A stretch of 64,000 nt of DNA from Calcarisporiella thermophila CBS 279.70 (Eukaryota; Fungi; Calcarisporiellomycota): NCBI RefSeq assembly GCF_041956535.1, contig NW_027192193.1, positions 173,530 to 237,529 of the forward strand, in the 5' to 3' direction. The translations under genes were made by a program, and so were the position numbers. Below, piece after piece: positions 52,310 to 64,000 of this stretch. Every line of letters starts with the position of its first letter. Position 1 is the stretch's first letter. The notes beneath the pieces were generated by a model, which was not told the DNA's origin, ran no database searches, and was given only the letters and a program-made list of their open reading frames with translations.

Positions 52310-53110
52310 CTAGCGCCTCTGTAGCTCTCTGAGGAAGGCGGCGTCCTTCTCGGGGGACCGCTCGTTGGAGAACGAATCCTGCTCGTCGCTCTCGAGCTTG
52401 TCTCGGAACTGTTTGGACGGAGAGAGCTTCCATCTGCGGAAGATGAAGATGCCCACCGCCGCGGCCACGATGACGCACGCGACCGCGATCCCTACGGATA
52501 TGAATCTGGGTGCGGGGGAAAAAGAGGGAAAAGAGGGTTAGACGTCGCCAAGTATTTGAATAGCGCCAGGCCAGTGGGCCACTCACTGAGTGTTATCTCC
52601 CCCAGAATCGGCTGCCTTTTGGTTTGCTGAACTCACGGAAGTCGCCGGCGACGACGGGGCGAGGGGGGAGGAGGAGGAGGCCGGAGCGTTTGGGAAGTCC
52701 GCGGGCGGGGTGGGCAAAGAGGCCCGGATGTAGCTAGTGCTGGTGGAGGTGCCTTTTTGTGAGGGATTGGGGAGTGGGGCTGGGATGCTGGGCTTTACTG
52801 TGACGGTCGCCACCGTTCTCGTGGAGATCCCCGGGATCACGGGGTCGGGATTCTTGGGATTGGGGGACGGATTCTTATCATCCCGCGTAGTCTTGTCTGG
52901 CGGGGTTTCGGGGCCTTTTGTCTTCTCGGGCTCCTTCGATTCGGGTTTCGATGGAACTGGGGTTTCTTTTTCCGTGGTGGGAGCCTCGCTCTTGGGAGTC
53001 GAGGCAGGGGCCTCCTCCTTAGCTGATGTAGGGCCTTTGCCATCATCCTGAGATGCTTGGCGGCGCTGAAGCTGATGGCGGGGGAATTTGCGCTTGGATT
53101 GATACGGCAT
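52310..53110 (-). CDS. Single-pass membrane protein with P/T/S/K-rich ectodomain (Mid2-like topology); 2 exons, start uncertain
   Basis: Low-complexity exon, then FISVGIAVACVIVAAAVGIFIF-RRWKLSPSKQFRDKL...AFLRELQRR*. Confidence 0.7.
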
Positions 53111-54199
53111 GATGACGGCGCCTAATGAGAGAAGTGGAGAGGGGCGTGAGCAGGCAGAGGAGAGGCGAGGGGGAAGCGAGGAGGGCGGCGTCCAGGCGGG
53201 CACCGAGCAGGGCAATAAAAGGCTGTGGCACGCACCCCAACCTTAAATCCAGGCCCGCCAATGGCATCTGCGGTGCTGATGGAGGGGAGCTGAGCGGGTG
53301 CCTGCTGAGCTGGTTCTATTTTTCTACGATCTGAGCCTCTTTTCCCCCCGCCAGCCTTCGCGGTGGACCAATCTGGGCGATCCGCTGCTGTTTTTCATTT
53401 TAGCGGAGAGCCTCCAGCCAAAACACGCTGGTTTGTGGCCGGGCGCCCGGCTGCCATTGACTCGCGAGGGCTGGCCGTCTCTGCCAGCCCTGCGGCTAGG
53501 CGCTCTCCCTGGCGCATGAATGGCGTCGTGGATGCAGACAGCAAGGCGGGAGGCCGCTGCCGCTCCTCGCATCGCCGGTTGCGCGCACGAGAGCTAGGAG
53601 GTTTGGCCTCGGGCCTGTCCCTAAGCAACGCCGCGTTGCAATGGGGAGGGGAGAGGGCGTCGGCACCGAATCCCGGAAGCTTCTTCCAGATCCTCGATTC
53701 GGATCCAAGAGCCCAGAAGGGCGAGCACACTCTCCGGAGCGTGACTGCCCGGTGCCGATTATGGAGAAAGGCTCACAAGGGCAATTTGTGTTCCATTGCA
53801 GGGCGATGCTCGGCTGAGATTCAAAAACCCTATTTTCTTCGCCAAACGTGGTAAGCAGAAATTTTATTGCCGGCCGCGGTTGTTCTGTTTTTCGCGACCT
53901 TGCGCCTGAGGATCGGCTGTGCCCTCGCGCTTCCCGACCGCCCTCCATCGCCTGCCGGATCGCCAAGCTCAGCATTCCGAAGATTAGAAAAACCGCGGAA
54001 TCCGCGCATCCGCATCTCTTGGTTGTTCCGTGATTGGCAACCGGATTGATCCAAGACTTTCTCTTTCGAAGCCTCAACCGTATTAGCCGGCTTTCTTATT
54101 GCCGCTCGACTTTCCGCTCGTGGGCCCGCCCCAATCCTTCCTCCCTCCTCGCTTTTTTTGCTAATCCATTCAGCCCGATTCTCTTTCGGACGATCGACG

Positions 54200-58537
<4,338 letters not shown>

Positions 58538-60949
58538 GCTGGAGTTCGATTCATAGCCTTGGTAGGCTTGTTAATGTTATTTGTATACCATTCCATCTGC
58601 CTTGATTGCGGCTAAATTGTTTTGTTTTTCCCTATTGCTTGCTATGTTTATGCTCCATTTCTGTTGATATTCGATAGATTTTCTAACTCTATATTACTAT
58701 ATACTATTCTAATGTCCATATTATATTCTCTACGCTCTGTGATACTTTGAATTGGCAGAAGAGTACGATGAGCAACGACCCACGACCTGCTTTGGCTATT
58801 GCTTTCGGAGCGTAATAAAGGCCTATTTAATTTGTGAAGGTGCGACCGTATATCTCGGGTTCTCTGCTCTAATTGAAGCAGAGAACCCGAAATCCCCTAT
58901 CCCATTTCCATTCGGCCCTCCCATAATGGTCCAATGCTTGTCTGTGGCTTAGATGCTTTGTTTACACAACCGGTGGCTCACTATAAAAGCACGTCGAGGA
59001 ACGCGCTCCCCCTCCTCTTTCCTTACACCTTGGCGTTGGTCACTTAGGACTAACCGTCTTCGCACTCTTTTAGAATGTGCGATGGTGAACGGAGCAAGGG
59101 AAGATCTCAGCGGGTTTAAAAGACATGGGTGGAACTTTTAGTGCTGATATCCTTGTAAGAGAGCCTGCTACATTTATTTTTTTTTTTCCATTTTTCTTTC
59201 TTTTTTTTTTTTCATTGTTTTCGTTTTCGTTTCGCTAATTCACCAACAACGCGCATTCGTTATAAGGTAGGCCGCTATTTCCTTTCTTTTTTCCCTTTTT
59301 GAGCCTTGAGATGATAAAAGCATTACAGACCTGTGCTGATTTCAGCATGAGGATAAACATGTTGCCTCTTATAACTGAGGGTTTCCTTTTGTTTTGTTTT
59401 CTTTTGTATAAGCATGCGGAATGTGGAATATTAACCTCCGGTTTCTTGATTGCATTGTTTAGGTAAAGTCTCGCCAGTAATGAGGACAATGGATAATAAG
59501 AGTCAATAAAAACTTCTTTTCAATAACTTTTTGTGGACAAATAAACAAAAAACTTTTAGTGACCTAAATGATGTAGCAAATAGAATAGTGCATTTTATTT
59601 GGATTAAAATGGATTCTAGCTAAAGAAACTTTGGCTTTTTAACCGGGAAATGCAATAGTAAACAGAGAAATTATTTGCTTGTAACAATATATGGTCCATT
59701 GTCGGATACTCGGTTACAATCTCCTACAGCGATATCAGATTCTTCCTCATTGAATTGAGCCCATGTTTTGGTGCTCATTCCGCCCAGAATCTACGGCCGG
59801 TGATGAGTTTACAAAGTCATTGACGGGATGCTTCCTCTGTGCGAATTCAGCCCTTTACAGAGTTTGGCAAGTTTGCGCGGGAAAGGCGTGTATAACTGTA
59901 CATCAGGATGGATAGCGTAGTTTTTGTAATAAACATAGCGGGAGAGAAGCGCTTCCGTTATACTCTTTCAAAAATAGGCTCAATTACATCTATCTACGCG
60001 TTAATGAGAGCCATTTATTGGCCAAATATATATGATCTCCTTTTCTTATGAAATAGGAGGCGATTTATTCACCGGTGCATAGGAGCTGGCTCGTACCTCC
60101 GTCGTCGTCTCTCCATTGAGTGTTTCTCAAGTATCTCTTAAAAAAGATCATTGACTACAAGCATGTAAAGTAAATTGAGAGGTGAACTGCACTCTCTCTC
60201 ATTTACTCTTCACTCTACATCGCAAATACCTCTCTCTGGTTGTGATTTGAATACTGTTTCCCTTTTCCATTCTCTCACTAGTATTTTCCATTCTGCACGT
60301 TTATTTCTCGATTTCCTGTCCTGTATTGATCGGCTAATCTCTCTCTCCACTGTTTGTGGCTCGGATTAGATTAATTTCTATAAAAGTCGGTCATTATATA
60401 AGGCCAAGGCAAACCTACAGTATTTGGTAATGATGGGAAAGCTATTGTATGATCAAATCAAGTGCTGCCGGATCTCTTGACTTGCATTTGTCCAGATGAA
60501 ACGTGAAATGACCCCAGGCCACTAACCAAAGTAGAGCTCCTAAAAGTCCTCATCGCTTTAATTTTTTGCTTTTATGGTTTAGTTCAATAGCTCAGTGTCC
60601 AATGAAAGCGATATTTTCTTGTTGAACCCCTAGCTTAATCGAGCTCTCTCTGCATGAAGCATCAATAGGTGTTTATTAATATGTTATGGGCTAGATCTAA
60701 CTAACACTTTAATTGCTGCTTTCAACGCTGAGTCGCAAGCTCGATTTCACTCTCAGGAAGCTTATAAATAGGTCGAAAACAACCGTATTATGCTAGTGTA
60801 CGATTGCCAGGCAGCTTAGCTTCCCTCTTTGCTCAAATCTAAGGGCACTACACTTTCCATCTCATTTTATACTGGTATATCAATTTTGGTTATTCAATGC
60901 CGATAGATTATTCTATTTTATTTTGTAACCACCCTTCAGTGGATATCGA

Positions 60950-61276
60950 ATGAACACCTTGTTATTATTGCTATCATTGCTTGGTGGCCTCTTGGTAGAG
61001 GCAACCACCATCAGACTATGGAATGGACCAGGTTGCAACACCATTCTGGGAAGTGTGGTGCAAACCATCTCGGCCTGTGGCTGCCATCCAATCTCTAGCG
61101 GGAGCACTTGGTCCATCGATGTGTCCTTTACTGGGCAAACGGTGGCAGCGTATAGTGACGGCGATTGCAGACAAAGAGTCGGAGAGGTAGCGGATCACTC
61201 CTCATGCTACAACACACCTTTGAAGATATACAGTGTTTGCATCGACTGTGGAGAGTTTGGCAATTGCAATAACTAG
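60950..61276 (+). CDS. Small secreted cysteine-rich protein, MiAMP1 (beta-barrelin) antimicrobial peptide family-like
   Basis: Signal MNTLLLLLSLLGGLLVEA; mature WNGPGCN...SACGCHPI...FTGQTVAAY...C...C...SVCIDC parallels MiAMP1 WSGPGCN...SKCGCSAI...YTGQTAALY...C...C...SIFIQC; intronless. Confidence 0.8.
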   Translation: MNTLLLLLSLLGGLLVEATTIRLWNGPGCNTILGSVVQTISACGCHPISSGSTWSIDVSFTGQTVAAYSDGDCRQRVGEVADHSSCYNTPLKIYSVCIDCGEFGNCNN

Positions 61277-62761
61277 ACAGTCGAGGCTATTAAATGCGCT
61301 ATAAACCGTTAATCAAATTGGCTAGAAGCTACTCATTCTTACATGCAGCCAAGCTTATTATATTTAGAATTTGAAATACATAGCAGTTGGAGCTTAAAAA
61401 TAATGGATAGTTGTACAATTATTCCTCCTCTATCGTCTTCTTTTAAATCAATGCTACCTCCAAGTTGGATGAAGGGAAATCCCTTTCGTCTTTTGAATCT
61501 TGAATACAATCGAAATCCTTTACTTAAAATGGCAAAGAACTGACTCTATATTAATTAAAAAAGGACTCGAGATTGACTAAAAGTGAGGAAGGAAAAACAA
61601 AATGCTGTTGGCCTTCCAGGCAAAATTTGGTTTGAAACCAAGTTGGAAATGCAAGCTCTTGGACAGTTTTAGGTTCTTAATTGATTCGAAGAAAAGATAG
61701 CCATTTCTCTGCAGAGAGTTGATATGAAAGTCGTGTTGTCACAGGCCACTCTGTAATGGGATGCCTTGTCGATTTCGCTTAAGCCGTCGCATACGCTAGT
61801 ATTAATCAAAGAAATAAACTGACTCCAAATCAACTAAATTAATTATGGACAATGGCTAGTGAATGTTGCTCCATTTTTTATCAAAGAATCCTCTGGCCCC
61901 ATTTGTATGTACGTCAATAAATAGAGTGGACTGCTGGCCATTATACCTTAACTTGGATTCTGAAAAACTATTGGGTCCAAGTTTACACCTTCATGTTCAT
62001 AATAAATAATGGCCATACCATTTCAAGCCATATAAGCAAAACCGACGAACGAAAACAGTATTAAACTTAGGTCGATCATTTGCCTCGATTTCAAAAGAAG
62101 AGGCTCAATTTGTTTTTCAATGTTTTTGATTCACTGAATTCTTTTCCCTCTCTCGGCTGCATGATTTGATCCCTTAGGGAAACAACCTCTACATTCTCAT
62201 GGCTTATACTTGCGATTTTATAGTATTCGGAATATATATATGTTTTCCCGGGAAACCGAAAGCCATATTTTAATCACTATAGTTATTCGATTCTGGGTAC
62301 TGGAAGAATATTTGTATCATCTCCGTAAAAATAAATATATCATTTCATAATCTGGCACTCGCAATATCATAGTTGGTTTATTTATAATATGAGTATCCTG
62401 GAGCAGTTCATCTGTCGCATTGGGTTTTCAATGCATATCCTTGATGGCACCATCACCGTGGAACGTCAAAATATCACCAATCATATTTCAGTCCTAATAA
62501 TATTCAATTCATTTTCCACGTATTTCTTATTACTCCTGTAAAGCCGCCAAGGCAGGTGGCTTTACATCTTATACTATTGTGTCTGTCTCATGTTAGAATA
62601 CATAAAAAAAGGGCACTCGGATCAAGATTTTTTTCGAAAAATCTCTTTCCCGCCCTATTCTCTTCAGTATATATATACTCTTTTGCACGCAAAATATTGA
62701 ATTTGATGATCTTACAATCCAATTTTCTCTTTCAGCCCTACTTCTACTTAGGTTATTAACT

Positions 62762-63142
62762 ATGTCCCAGGAGAAGCAACTACCAGCCCCTCCTTATCGA
62801 TTTATTCCACAAGTCAATCTTCCGGCTGACCGTTCAATCTCACCCCCTCCTCTTTCACATCCATACCTCTACGCCACCCCATATGCTAATGACAGGATGC
62901 CTCAACCAAATCCTGCGATTTCGCAACCTCCACGATAGTACCTAGAAATGTCCTCCCCTTACAGTCCATCCATTCCCTCGGGAGAACAATACAGCATAGT
63001 TTCCATTCCACCTCAACCACTAGTGTTCTCACCTCCACTAGTGCCTGTACAGCCTCAGTCAACACTGCCGAATTTACACTCGTATGTAGGCATCCCACAC
63101 AATAAAAAGTTTCTCTATATACTCCTGGGTAGGTCCAAATAG
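62762..63142 (+). pseudogene. Pro/Gln-rich reading frame interrupted by an in-frame TAG, immediately upstream of PMP3
   Basis: MSQEKQLPAPPY...ISQPPR*YLEMSSPYSP...; TAG at 62936-62938, with the same frame and composition on both sides. Confidence 0.4.
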
Positions 63143-63154
63143 TAACCAAAAGTA

Positions 63155-63439
63155 ATGGGTGATACTCTGGCTTATATAACTATGATAGCTCTCATTTTCC
63201 CACCACTACCACTTATCATGGCTGGAGCATCAACCGAGGAGGTTTGCGTCAACAGTAAGTTGGGCTGTTCAAATTTTTCTTAAAAGCACAATGCTAACTT
63301 TGAAACTAGTCCTATTGACACTGATATCCTTTGGCCTTTTCGGTAAGTAAGATGTGCACGTTGTGTGAGTGTAAGCGGATATTGATAAAAGCGACTTTTA
63401 GGAATCATTCATGCGCTTATCTACATAAGTAACCATTAA
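63155..63439 (+). CDS. PMP3: Pmp3/YqaE plasma-membrane proteolipid; exons 63155-63254, 63310-63342, 63402-63439; missed by the ORF track
   Basis: Spliced MGDTLAYITMIALIFPPLPLIMAGASTEEVCVNILLTLISFGLFGIIHALIYISNH*, showing the FPPL, NILLT and GIIHA family motifs and two GTAAGT...AG introns. Confidence 0.82.
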
Positions 63440-64000
63440 TTTTGTCACACACCTGCGCTCTAGGAAATTAATTTGCTTTCAACGGCTGGCGGATTAATGC
63501 GTTCCATATGTATTAAATACGCGAAAATTGGTAATCTATTGCTCTGTGAGTGGGTGATTATGTGTTTTATTATGAAAACAATAGGGAAATTGTGTTAATA
63601 TGTGCTAATGTGCATTATCTTTATGAATATTTTTTCAAGGACGAAATAAACTGTACTACTCGCCCCTACAAAAAAAATATCATAACGAAATTTGTTAGAA
63701 AGTATAAATAAAACAATGATTTACCTCGATAAATCATAGTGAAATTTGATCAAATCAGGGGTGTAAGACTGATAAATTTGTAAAATTGGATAGTGGTTTT
63801 TCACGTGATATTAAATAACTGGCTGTAAACCTCTAGTTGCGAGTAATTAACGCTATGATATTGGTGTTTGAGATAATTCAATTTCGAAGTAGAGAATTAG
63901 GTTAAGTAAATCTGGCCCTAAAAAATCATCGTTCAGTTTGACTTGGCCCAGCTCCACGGCCGAAATCAATATTACGTTCTAAAATTATTATTACCTTTGT

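Noticed and set aside
61800-62500. Possible decayed coding sequence on the minus strand
   Set aside because: Short frames broken by stops with no family I can recognise; TBLASTX would be needed.
63324-63332. ATATCCTTT as a U12 (AT-AC) donor site
   Set aside because: It lies inside PMP3 exon 2 (LISF), which is bounded by ordinary GT-AG introns.

Overview
Gene-dense, intron-rich eukaryotic DNA with short GT-AG introns and CTAAC/CTGAC-type branch points. It is fungal, most likely an early-diverging lineage (Mucoromycota/Zoopagomycota-like); the lineage is an inference from gene content. About 22 protein-coding genes can be read: PUT1 (3' part), a LITAF-domain protein, kinesin-8, a kelch-repeat membrane protein, a Zn2Cys6-PAS transcription factor, MOB2, SLD5, an OLA1/YchF ATPase, ARG4, TMEM230-like, a Ser/Ala-rich GPI protein, an orphan LPPI-motif protein, SPP1, XRCC2, NTE1, a fasciclin, a second Zn2Cys6 factor, a CE4 chitin deacetylase, a D-2-hydroxyacid dehydrogenase, a single-pass membrane protein, a PKC, a MiAMP1-like secreted peptide and PMP3. 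There is one tRNA-Trp(CCA) gene and a 550-N assembly gap. The most striking unexplained structure lies 70-1300 bp upstream of the tRNA-Trp gene. It is a stack of same-orientation, A-tailed modules separated by repeated copies of one 13-18 bp sequence that behaves like a target-site duplication. The stack includes an intact SINE-like element with an anticodon-less tRNA-like head and a probable L1/Tx1 ORF2 C-terminal relic. This suggests a tRNA-gene-targeted non-LTR retroposon/SINE system repeatedly hitting the same site. Other highlights are a fungal homologue of the plant antimicrobial peptide MiAMP1, an Ola1-type ATPase with a mitochondrial-type presequence, and a diverged inverted repeat bracketing the gap. 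All family assignments are by eye from motifs; no database search was run.
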